From Octopus sinensis (taxonomy: Eukaryota), in NCBI RefSeq assembly GCF_006345805.1, contig NC_043002.1:115878001-115942000 (forward strand): DNA of 64,000 bases, read 5' to 3'. The position numbers and the translations under genes were made by a program. Below, one piece after another: positions 1-11,382 of this stretch (the first letter of the stretch is position 1; each line of letters opens with the position of its first letter). The notes under the pieces are model-generated. The model saw nothing but the letters and a program-made list of their open reading frames with translations. It searched no databases and was not told where the DNA came from.

Positions 1-83
1 TAAGTTAGCTATTTGATACACAAACTGTATCCATATAACCTTCGAACAAGGGAGGTCAGTCACTCCACACTACTTGACCGGCA

Positions 84-125
84 GCTACAGACGCGTTTCG
101 GGGTATTGCCCCTTTTCAATGCAGC
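84..125 (-). ncRNA. Minimal type I hammerhead ribozyme (Penelope-like element type), U3-A8 core variant
   Basis: Minus strand reads gcugca-UUGAAAA-GGGG caaua CCCC-GAAA-cgcg-UC-uguagc. Stem I (gcugca/uguagc), stem II (4 G-C pairs), a palindromic mini stem III and a GUC cleavage triplet are all correctly placed. Confidence 0.7.
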
Positions 126-216
126 ATAGCCAGCCAGTAGGTGTCGCTTCCGACAATCTCTGTTCGATGGTTTTATTTACCTAGTTTCGGTGGAATACAT
201 CCACTTGTTTTCAATA

Positions 217-366
217 ATAGAAATATTAAAATAACTAAGTCTCTCTAAAAGAGAACAGCGGCAGCGTTCCCGGAAAATAATAATAATATTATAATATTAT
301 TATTATTTTCCGGGAACGCTGCCGCTGTTCTCTTTTAGAGAGACTTAGTTATTTTAATATTTCTAT
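217..366. repeat. Perfect 150-bp palindrome with no spacer
   Basis: 217-291 is the exact reverse complement of 292-366, checked by eye along the whole arm. Confidence 0.95.
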
Positions 367-395
367 ATACATATATATATATATATATATATGTC

Positions 396-1005
396 ATCAT
401 CATCATTTAACGTCCGCTTTCCATGCTAGCATGGGTTGCACCAGGCTCCAATCTTGATCTGGCAGAGTTTCTACAACTGGATGTCCTTCCTAATGCCAAC
501 CACTCCAAGAGTGTAGTGGGTGCTTTTACGTGCCAGTCAGGTGGTACTGGCAATGGCCACAAAAAAAATCTTGTTTTTTTTCATTTTAATTTTTTTTACG
601 TGTCACCTGTACACCGGCACAAGTGCCAGTAAGGCAATGCTAGTAACAGTCACGCTTGAATGGTGCTTTTTACATGTCACCGGCACAAACGCCAGTTAGC
701 TGCTCTGGCAACGGTCATGCTCGGATGGTGCTCTCAGCACTCCACTAGCCATCGAATTTGATTTCAATTTCACTTGCCTCAACAGGTCTTCACAAGCAGT
801 GTCCTATGAAGGGAAGGTACGTATAAGTGGGCTGGTTACACCCATGGCATAGGCCACAAGGTTATGGTCTCATTTGGTTTGCCTGGTCTTCTCACGCACA
901 GCATATTTCCAAAAGTCTTGGTCACTGGTCATTGCCTCGGTGAGGCCTAATGTTTGAAGGTTGTGCTTCACCACTTCATCCCAGCTATCCTCATTCATTC
1001 TTGCC
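396..1005 (-). mobile_element. 5'-truncated RTE-type LINE 3' tail with (CAT)n end
   Basis: catcatcatttaacgtcc...ggatgtccttcctaatgccaaccactcc motif, shared with the 3' UTR after the RTE ORF at 27500-27967 and with many copies in the window. Confidence 0.7.
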
Positions 1006-1137
1006 ATGTATATATATATATATATATATATAAATTAATGTAAGGTTATATTAACCTCTTAAAGGGATGATTACATCCAAGATAACACTGGTTTTATACC
1101 TTATATTATTGGAAAAAAATTTCCCTAAAATAAATAG

Positions 1138-1298
1138 GCAGAGGAGTGACTGTGTAGCAAGTAGCTCGCTTACCAGTCACATGGTTCCAGGTTCAGTCCC
1201 ACTGTGTGGCACCTTGGGCAAGTGTCTTCTACTATAGCCTCTGGCCGACCAAAGCATTGTAAGTGGATTTGGTAGACAAAAGCTGAAAGAAGTCCATC

Positions 1299-1330
<32 letters not shown>

Positions 1331-1548
1331 GTGTGTATATGTTTGTGTGTGTGTGTCCCCCAACATCGCTTGGCAACTGATGCTGGTGTGTTTTTGTCCC
1401 TGTAACCTAGCGGTTCGGCAAAAGATACCGATAGAATAAATACTAGGCTTACAAAGAATAAATTCCTGGGATCAGTTTGCTCGACTAAAGGCGGTGCTCC
1501 AGTATGGCTGCAGTCAAAATGACTGAAACAAGTAAAAGAATAAAGAAT
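1138..1548 (+). mobile_element. tRNA-derived SINE (head - microsatellite - core/tail)
   Basis: tRNA-like head (gtgactgtgtagcaag...ggttcagtccc), internal (TA)n/(TG)n, conserved tail (...gcagtcaaaatgactgaaacaag). Related copies at about 9990-10430(-), 25130-25510(-), 50490-50670(+), 52040-52230(+), 54280-54620(-). Confidence 0.8.
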
Positions 1549-1776
1549 ATATTAAGCATATAATGTATATTCAATTAATAGAAGAAAATGGCGAGTTAAT
1601 GGTGAATAATTAATTTATTCAGAAATATTAAATTTCCAAATCTCTCAGAGACATGCACGGTGGTGGGGCGATAGAATGGTTGTATACTGTCAATCTAACA
1701 TGAACGTGACAGTAGGGGGCTACACCACCGCTGCTCAGCCCTAGGAAGCATCGACGCCTCCTGATGGCTTTGACAC

Positions 1777-1893
1777 ATTTCTCTCCTCTGTACTTATATA
1801 CATTTACGAAGGGGAGACAAACACCCCCAGGCCTGGCAGCTGGGGGTGTTTGTCTCCTCTTCGTAAATGTATATAAGGACACAGGAGAGAAAT
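1777..1893. repeat. Near-perfect ~115-bp hairpin
   Basis: ttctctcct..ttatatacatttacgaag..ggagacaaacacccccag pairs with ctgggggtgtttgtctcc..ttcgtaaatgtatataa..aggagagaa around a 9-nt loop. Confidence 0.85.
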
Positions 1894-2222
1894 TAATTTA
1901 TTAACATATTGATAATCATTCTTACAATTGTTTCAATTAATACTCAATAAATTACAAATTTATGTAATAAATTTGCATGTTTAAGTTGTGAGCAAAGTAT
2001 TATCAGGGAAATATAGTGAACAATTTGTTCTTTCTAACAAACTTTTTGTTGGAAAGAATAAATTGTTCACAATGTAATTCTTTAACGTCTAATATTTCCC
2101 TGATGATATTCTTCTCAGAATTTAAAAATGCAAATTTATTACATAAATTTGTAATTTATCAATTGAGTATAAATTGAAACAATTGTAGGAATGATTATCA
2201 ATATGTTAATAAATGAATTATT
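1890..2222. mobile_element. AT-rich fold-back (MITE-like) element
   Basis: About 1890-2015 is inverted relative to about 2092-2220; inner arms gtgaacaatttgttctttctaacaa / ttgttggaaagaataaattgttcac match at 23 of 25 positions. Confidence 0.7.
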
Positions 2223-3549
2223 AACCATTAATGCTCCATTTTCTTTTAATTATATATATGTAAGATCTGTGAGACAGGTAGAGTCCATAGGCAGGAAGTT
2301 CTGATTGGAGATTCGTGTGATAGACATAGATGAAAGCTTTGTTGGTGTTGAGAGTAACACTGCTTCCACTGCATTCATCGAAGGCAAGAGCCCACTTGGG
2401 GTGGTGGTGGTTGTGACAGAGGAGTCTTGGTTACCAGTGGATCTGGCTCTAAGATTAATCAAAGAGGAGTGAGTGAGTGAGTGAGTGAGTGAGTGAGAGA
2501 GAGAGAGAGAGAGAGATTAATTGACAATGTCTTATAAGGTGTCAGAAGATTATTGTTAATGGCTGTTTCCATTACCATGGAAATATTAGAAATGAGTGCA
2601 ACAGTGTGATAATTGCCTTTTTCGGGAATGGGACACAATTTGATTTTACATATGAATATATGGGGACTTTAGATTGAAATTATTCAGATGTGGAATTCCA
2701 CATTTGTTCTTAGATTTTGTATTTATTGTCATATTTATATCAGCTTCAACTTCTCCAGTTTCATATCCCCCTCCTCCCTTTCCCTGCAATATTTTCAGTG
2801 AAAAATTAAACTCAAGTCCATTATCAATCATTAAAGAGACTGGCACTTAAACATTAAATATGCTTTGATTTTTAATGTTAACTTAAATATACTAATATAA
2901 CTATCAACATATATTTGTGTGTGTGTGAGTGCGCGCGCGTGAACACACACATACACACACACACGTGTATTCTCTACATCTCTTGTCTCTGAATCACTTG
3001 TGAAACAATTATAAAGAATTTCAGAATAGATTTCCCAGAGGAACTTCTGATTGCCCATAACCAAGTGTTCAATCTAGAATCCTTTGATTGTGATTATTGG
3101 CAGTCAGAAATTCCTTTAGAAAATCTATTTAGAAATTCTTTGCAATTGCTTCACTCGTGATTCTAAGACTAGAGCTTTGAGGAACAGATACCTGTATACT
3201 AGCTGAGATTCAGTTTTTAAATCCCCCTATATGCCTGTATAAATAAGTCTATCATTATGAATTTGTTGACAAATAATTATTGAATGTATATTTATTGAGT
3301 TTACAGTTTATATATTTTTATTTTTACGTTTTTGTTCCCTGACGGCTGATTCATAATCGAATGGATATTGCTTGCTCATAATAGATATAATCTTTATGAT
3401 GTTAATTATAAAATGTTTACATATAATAGCCAATCACATTACTGCTGATACCAGATACAAAATAACACTGTCAAATATATATATATATAAAAAAAAAAAT
3501 GAAAGTGTTTGGCTTATTTAAAAATCAATAACAAAAAAGAAAAGCGCAT

Positions 3550-3783
3550 TTTGTTTCAGGTAGGAAAATTAGACAATTACAGGTATATCTTGAAATGTAG
3601 GATTAAATCAGGTATAACATAATTGCTTAAATATCTCCAAAAACAAAAACGCTACAGTTCTAGATTTATTTAAGCAATGAGCAAGTATTTTTAATACCGA
3701 GAAACAAGTTTTCAATAACTAATTATAGATGTAGACATTAAAGTAAAGTCACGGAAGTCAGAGTAGGTAAAATGTGTCTGTCC
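3550..3783. repeat. 234-bp direct repeat, copy 1 (upstream of CTBS-like ATG)
   Basis: Matches 6177-6410 with three substitutions seen. Confidence 0.95.
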
Positions 3784-3811
3784 CAGCCATTAGTCAACTG
3801 ATATGACGTCA
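3752..3811. promoter_or_regulatory. Putative promoter motifs: ETS-like CGGAAGT (3752-3758) and CRE TGACGTCA (3804-3811)
   Basis: Both motifs lie about 260-320 bp upstream of the inferred start codon in a locally CpG-richer stretch. Motif match only. Confidence 0.35.
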
Positions 3812-4068
3812 CAGCCATGGCCTTATTCCGATAACTTTATTAAGACTCGTGCTCCCCCCCCACCTCTCTCACAATCTCTTTGTGCGCAGGCAATTAGCAC
3901 TCATGTAGCTCGGTGTCTGCAAGTGTGTAAAAAGTTTTTTTCTTTATCATTTGGACAAAAAAAAGAAAAAAGAAAAACGTTCAGACGTACATCGCCTTTC
4001 TATTATTGATTTATAACATCACAATTTTTGCAAATAGCGAGTTTTAAGTGTTTTAATTAACAACCAAT

Positions 4069-4227
4069 ATGACTATATCCTTCAGTAAATACATAATTCC
4101 GACTGTGATTTTACTTTTGCCGATCCTATTATGCTGTCATAGTATCGACAACCAACAGGATTGTACGTGCGAGGAGAAAAGCCAGTGTCAGCGCGTACCA
4201 GATGGACTCGAATTCGAAGGAAAGGAG
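4069..4227 (+). CDS. CTBS-like: CTBS-like GH18 protein, coding exon 1 (signal peptide + CxC...C motif)
   Basis: MTISFSKYIIPTVILLLPILLCCHSIDNQQDCTCEEKSQCQRVPDGLEFEGKE: hydrophobic leader, then DCTCEEKSQC resembling CTBS DCPC..PELC. Ends in phase 0 at GAG|GCGAGT, matching the phase-0 acceptor at 36008. Not in the supplied ORF track. Confidence 0.8.
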
Positions 4228-4392
4228 GCGAGTACTTAATCATTTAATTCCCTCTTCTTATAATCTTTATTTACTCTGTATCAGTTCATACCATTGGATG
4301 GATTACATGGAGTGTGAAGCTAGCATTATGTTATTTTCATTAACTTTTTTTCTGAGGAATGCTACCCTACCCAACCGTATATCATATCATAT

Positions 4393-4441
<49 letters not shown>

Positions 4442-5990
4442 CTGAGAAGGGATTAAGAATCTATAGAAATCAAAGGTGAAAAGTAAAAGTGGAAACAACA
4501 TGTAGGCCTACATATAAATATAGTTTCTACAGTATTGTTTAGCTCGATCGTTTGGAGTCTTATTGTCAATGGCTTTGCCTATATTTGTGATCGATAATGT
4601 AAGGTTCAGCAAATCACTCAGTTGACTGTATCACCCCAATTTACAGGAAGGTGCGCCAGTCAACTAGCCCGCCCCCCTATACGGTCTCTCGACCTGCTAG
4701 AAACTGTAGCCAAATACCCCTTCCCCAAAGTATATTGCATTGTTTTAAATACGAAGGACACGTCAGGAAATGTATACAAAAAGACCTGATAAATGGGGTT
4801 GGAACATCTTTGATTATAGTCTACCCGATTTGAGGATTAAACAAAGTGGGTCTTTTGCCAAATAAAATATTATTGGATTAGTTACAAATAACGGTGTCAA
4901 TAAATTAAATCTACTGACTTTTTTTTTTTTACTTTTAGAAAAAGGCATAAAAGATAAACATACTACTACGAAGGGCGTGGTGAATGGTAGAAAGAAGAAG
5001 AAAAAACCGGCTTAGACTTTTAGTTTTGAATTTGTTAACCAGACAAGGTTCCATTCTCCTCAGCGTCAACGATGCCAGTAATTAATTGCATTCGATCTCA
5101 TTGACAATAACCCAGCCCGCCACTTACATGAAATATTAAATAAATTGTACATGAGAGCATGTTGTCTTTTCAAAAGATATCCATGCTTATTTCCGATAGA
5201 TTTGTCATGTGCTTAATTAACCTAGAAAACCATTGTAAATTTTGATACTTTCACCCACACGATTTTCTCTTTACCGAAACATTTGTGTACATTACCTTTT
5301 TTTTTTTTGTACTGAGGACAGGTAAGATCATGCAAGGTTGTTATGTACGTTAGTAATTCTTAACAGTGTAAATTACAACATTATTTGCATCACTTCTCTT
5401 TATTTATCCAGATAGGCCACATCTATTTCTAATAACTTAGCTCGTTTAGAAATCCCCAATCCAAATAGTATTTGTATTTGGTAAAGATACTTTGAGTACC
5501 TCTATCTATCTCTCCATGACAACATCTTCCAGCCAAGTAAGGACAGATGCAAATAAGCATGCGATGAATTTATTTATAGTGATGTCTGTAGAATTGTTTT
5601 TGTAAATAAACTGGCCCTTGCTGCTAAGAAATACTTAATTCGACTTCTTTAGTTACATTGTTTACCTTATTATACTGAACGTAACTTCCTTTTCTGTATT
5701 TCTCTAAAATTAGGAACATTTACACCACATATAAACAAACAAAATCATCGTAGACGCTTCTCGGGTAGTTTAAATACATGATTGTTTTTCTGAAAATTTG
5801 AATATTAACTTCGGTGTGTGAAGGTGCTGGTGGTGCACATCGATTTTTATACACGCGAATATACGAAATCAATAGGTCATTGTACACACACACACACATC
5901 GAACTGTTTTAAATAATACATACAAGCACTTACATATATACAAACATACATGTGCACATACTTGCACATACATGCACGCATGCATACATA

Positions 5991-6093
5991 ATTTAAAACA
6001 GTTTGATTCGGCTCCATGCAATTTAGTTATACGGCCCTCAAATAGAAGCCCGCGAAACTTATTTTACGTGGACTGAATCAAACTGTTTTAAAT
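5991..6093. mobile_element. ~100-bp MITE-like element with 19-bp terminal inverted repeats
   Basis: atttaaaacagtttgattc (5991-6009) and gaatcaaactgttttaaat (6075-6093) are exact reverse complements. Confidence 0.6.
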
Positions 6094-6176
6094 AATAAAT
6101 CTACCTCCTACTAAATGTGTTGAGTGTTTGTGAAAATAGCGATTTGACGTCTATATCTAGCATGTTGACTGTCCAC

Positions 6177-6410
6177 TTTGTTTCAGGTAGGAAAATTAGA
6201 CAATTACAGGTATATCTTGAAATGTAGGATTAAATCAAGTATAACATAATTGCTTAAATATCTCCAAAAACAAAAACGCTACAGTTCTTGATTTATTTAA
6301 GCAAGGAGCAAGTATTTTTAATACCGAGAAACAAGTTTTCAATAACTAATTATAGATGTAGACATTAAAGTAAAGTCACGGAAGTCAGAGTAGGTAAAAT
6401 GTGTCTGTCC
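6177..6410. repeat. 234-bp direct repeat, copy 2 (in intron 1)
   Basis: Near-identical to 3550-3783. Confidence 0.95.
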
Positions 6411-6667
6411 TTTAAATTTTGTATGTAAAAATATTTTAATCTTCGGATTCTTTTTAATATGCTGGGCCACTGGTTTTAATTGACTAATATCAATTTCTAC
6501 CCTTATTAAATTTTATATATATATATATATATATCACCTTGACCGACCAGTCCGTCAGGCGTCCATTTGACACCGCTGGCCACAGCACGTCCAGCCAGTG
6601 GGATGGCGTCATCTTATGGCTTATATACATACATATATACATACACACACAAACACACACACATATA

Positions 6668-8149
6668 CTAGCCTAAAAGCTGCACTCCATGTGGACTTTT
6701 GAGATGGTTCCTGTGGAAAGCTAAAGAGTGCAATAATAATAAACCATTTATTGGTGCCCTACCATCTCAGATTTCTATCACAGAGTATCACATTTGGAGA
6801 TCACTGTAAAGCAACAGGATAAACAACATTCTTGGTTTTACCATTTGGTGCATGAAGTGATTGTTGCCATTTCTGGAACAACCAACATAAAGCTGACCAT
6901 GGAAAAAGCACAGCTGCATGAGGTGAAGTCCAACAATTTTCAGTGATTGTCTTTGACTCTCGTCAATTGACATTGCAAAACTAACTCTGACTGGAAATTG
7001 AAGTCTCTTGAATTCAAAGAGCATGTCTTCTGGAATCAGGGGAATTCTTGGAATAAACACATTGTCTCCCTTTCCTTGTCCTGTGAGAATTGTTGCTTCC
7101 AAAAGATATGAATGCATTTGCCTGACAATCAGTCTTGTTCCATTACACAGCTTTGGAAGATCCAGATTTCCCAAAAGCATGATTGGAACTCCTTTCTTCA
7201 ATGTTAGTTTGTGACAAGGTATTCCAGGAGGATCCACAGAGTTAAGAAGCTCAGTAGGATAATTCACAGTCATTTGACTGGCTTCCGTGCCGGTGGCACA
7301 TAAAAAGCACCAACCAATCGTGGCCGTTGCCAGCCTCCCCTGGCACATAAAAAGCATCCACTACACTCACGGAGTGGTTGGCGTTAGGAAGGGCATCCAG
7401 CTGTAGAAACACTGCCAGATCAGACTGGAGCCTGGTGCAGCCTCCTGGCTTCCCAGACCCCGGTCGAACCGTCCAACCCATGCTAGCATGGAGAACGGAC
7501 GTTAAACGATGATGAATCAGATGCGAAATAAATTTTTTTCTGAGTATTGATTTCTGAGCATAAGTTTCCAATTAACAATCTGAACAGTTTCATTCTTTGA
7601 TGCAAGTATTGCTCTTTCACAAAGCCAATTATGATATTGAAAATTATGTCCAACGGTTGGGTAAATCTTGGTAATCAACTCTTCTACAGTTTTGACCAAA
7701 ATACCACAGCCATTTGGAAAAGTGATGTCTCCATTACTGTCTTGCTGAATGCTTTCATTTATCAGATCCCACAGCGGAGCTGCAAGTCTTTCAGCATCCA
7801 AGTCTAACTCCTATTTGGGTCAAAAGCTCAAGTTCTTCAATATTTCACTCTAACTTGGATCTAGTTTTAAATGAACTGAATTGAAAATATTTTTTAAATT
7901 CACAAAGTTTTGGTAGTACTTTAAATTCAGTTTAATGAAAAACTTGTAAGTTCACAAATTTTTGGAGTTCTTTTAAAATTTGAATTTTCAACTGTTAGCA
8001 CATAACAAATCCTCATCCAGACCTACTCCCAAATGCTGGATGCTCAAGAACCAAATGAAGGGCAGATTTTCAATCCCGGGATCATCCTGATTCCAAAAAG
8101 GTAGACTGAGATAAAGAAGTTCCAGACGGATGGACAGAATTTCACATTT

Positions 8150-8160
<11 letters not shown>
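6668..8160 (-). mobile_element. Helitron remnant with PIF1-like helicase C-terminal fragment, interrupted by an RTE tail at ~7270-7515
   Basis: [44 protein letters not shown]...RIPL...[22 protein letters not shown]...[12 protein letters not shown]. Also a CTAG 3' end near 6668 and a tatattataataaatgtgaaattctgtcc-type 5' end near 8160. Confidence 0.9.
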
Positions 8161-8224
<64 letters not shown>

Positions 8225-8361
8225 CTTTGATACTTTGATAGGTTTCGGCCATTATTGGCCCTGGCCATGTCTAACTGAATAGCACCACCTGGTGAAGTCT
8301 ATGTATATATATATGTATATATATATGTATATATATATGTGTGTATATATGTATATGTATG

Positions 8362-8408
<47 letters not shown>

Positions 8409-9159
8409 TACAGAAAAACAAAAAATGAAGTCAGGTGTATAAACAACAAGCAGGTATATTAATTTGATGCTCAGGTTAATTAGAGGTTGTGTTAATCTCA
8501 TGAAGGGATCGTTCGTCCAAGGAAATACTGGCTCAATACCTAGTATTTTTGGGGAATGAATTTCCTTAAAATAATAGGTGAATGTAAAAACATAGTTTAT
8601 ATTAATTTAAAAGAGGAAGAAAATGGAGATCGGGAAGTTAATTGTTTATTATTAACAGCAAATTGGAGATCTGCACTTATGAGCATAATATCATGAGAGG
8701 GGAAATAAGATATACCTTTGGATGGCATATGTGTGTTTATGTATTCATTTTAGCAGACCATTTTTTTCCTTCTTTCAAGTGAATATGTGTGTGTGTGTGT
8801 GTGTGTGTATACAAATATATACACACACATATATATACAAATATATACACACACATATATATACAAATACACACACACACACATAAATATATACAAATAT
8901 ATATATATATATATAAATATAAATATATACAAATATATATATATATATACATACATATATATATATATACACACAAATATATTTATATACACACAAATAT
9001 ATATATATACACACAAATAAATATATATATATATATATACACACAACTGCCAGATCAGACTGGAGCCTGGTGCAGCCCTGGCTTCCCAGACCCCGGTCGA
9101 ACCGTCCAACCCATGCTAGCATGGAAAACGGACGTTAAACGATGATGATGATGATGATG

Positions 9160-9170
9160 ATGATATGTAC

Positions 9171-9209
<39 letters not shown>

Positions 9210-9215
9210 AATATA

Positions 9216-9257
<42 letters not shown>

Positions 9258-9342
9258 AATATATATTTATTATATATATATATATGTACACAAATATATA
9301 TTTATATATATATATATATATATATGTACACAAATATATATT

Positions 9343-9392
<50 letters not shown>

Positions 9393-9447
9393 AATATATA
9401 TATATGTACACAAATATATATTTATATATATATATATATGTACACAA

Positions 9448-9524
<77 letters not shown>

Positions 9525-9561
9525 AATATATATTTATATATATATATATATATATATGTAC

Positions 9562-9606
<45 letters not shown>

Positions 9607-9650
9607 AATATATATTTATATATATATATATATATATGTACACAAATATA

Positions 9651-9692
<42 letters not shown>

Positions 9693-9722
9693 AATATATA
9701 TTTATATATATATACATACATA
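9160..9722. repeat. Compound minisatellite: (TA)n tracts punctuated by TGTACACAAA
   Basis: About 14 copies of gtacacaaat separated by variable (TA)n. Confidence 0.9.
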
Positions 9723-10191
9723 TACATAAACCACCAAGGTCAGGTCAGTAATAGCATTATCATGTACAAACAATATTTAAGGACAAATACATACTTACTA
9801 AAGTAAACACGGATTTATACTCCAGTTGTGCATGCATTCACAAATGGCTGACTGGATATATGGGTCACAGAGGTCATACATGGCATGGGGTATGCTCACT
9901 GCATATATTGCACCGCTATCTATGGACTCAAGATCCAAACTGAGTTAGGTGCAGGATAGACAAATAGCATCAGATGGATTGTATATACTCTCTTTTTACT
10001 CTTTTACTGGTTTCAGTCATTTGACTGTGGCCATACTGGAGCACCGCATTTAGTTGAGCAAATCGACCCCAGGACTTATTCTTTGTAAGCCTAGTACTTA
10101 TTCTATAAACCTCTTTTGCCGAACTGCTAAGTTACGGTGACGTAAACACACCAGCATCGGTTGACAAGCGATGTTGGGGGGACAAACACAG

Positions 10192-10260
<69 letters not shown>

Positions 10261-10637
10261 TACGACGAGCTTCTTTCAGTTTCTGTCTACCAAATCCACT
10301 CACAAGGCTTTGGTCGACCCTATATATGTATATATAGTAGAAGACACTTGCCGAAGGTGTCATGCAGTGGGACTGAACCCGGAACCATGTGTTTGGTAAA
10401 CAAGCTACTTACCACACAGCCACTCCTACGCCTATATATATATATATATATATGCCGGTGGCACGTAAAAGGCACCCACTACACTCACGGAGTGGTTGGC
10501 GTTAGGAAGGGCATCCAGCTGTAGAAACATTGCCAGATAAGACTGGAGCCTGGTGCAGCCTTCTGGCTTAACAGATCCCCGGTCGAACCGTCCAACCCAT
10601 GCTAGCATGGAGAATGGACGTTAAACGATGATGATGA

Positions 10638-10692
<55 letters not shown>

Positions 10693-10874
10693 CACACACA
10701 CACACATATTTTTTTAATTGAAACTGACACAGAGTTTGCTTCATGAATTGAGTTTCATGCCACATTGGTGTGAAACTTGAGTTGTGAGACAAATGTTGAG
10801 CTTCAATTAAAAAGACAAACACATCCTCTACAACATGAATTGATTACTCTCTTCTTATTTGTTCATAAAGCAAC

Positions 10875-10912
<38 letters not shown>

Positions 10913-11382
10913 GTATGTGTATTTATGCATGTGTGTATGTATATATATGTATGTATATGTGTATGTATATGTATATTATATGTAAGTATACATGTGTGTG
11001 TGTATATTTGCATGTGTGTGTGTGTCCATGCTTATATACACCTCCCTTTAACTTGTGGGCATGTCTCACATCTTCACCATCTGTCTTTTACCACCTGGGG
11101 TAGCCATGTATAGTCTCTACAGCAAGATACCTGTTACTGATCCCCTACCATATTCTAACTTTTCATCATCTGGCTCAAAGTTACCCCTTCAGTTGAGGGT
11201 CTTGCATGTTACTTGGTGACCCCACTGGCTCATGCACCACATCAAAAAGCACCCAGGATATTCTTTAATGTGGTTGTTGCAACAAGAAATAAAGTGTCTT
11301 GCTCAAGAGCACAATGCGTCACCAGGAATTGAAATCACGACCATACCACTGTAAGCTGAATACCCTGACCACTAAGCCATGT

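Noticed and set aside
1138-1215. tRNA-like sequence
   Set aside because: SINE head without a complete cloverleaf; not a tRNA gene.
2250-2462. S/T-rich minus-strand ORF with a plausible upstream AG
   Set aside because: No recognisable homology or partner exons; cannot support a divergent gene from sequence alone.
4352-4470. CTGAGGA and CTGAGAA hammerhead-like starts
   Set aside because: The first lacks GAAA and stem III (replaced by microsatellite); the second has a broken core and spacing.
8236-8265. GGCC-loop-GGCC-GAAAC on the minus strand
   Set aside because: No CUGANGA-like core upstream.
9160-9722. Regularly spaced repeat superficially like a CRISPR array
   Set aside because: Spacers are (TA)n tracts, the context is eukaryotic and there are no cas genes.
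8737-9806. Many long ORFs of Y/I/T/H repeats
   Set aside because: Translations of (TA)n/(CA)n microsatellites; the same applies to similar ORFs elsewhere in the window.
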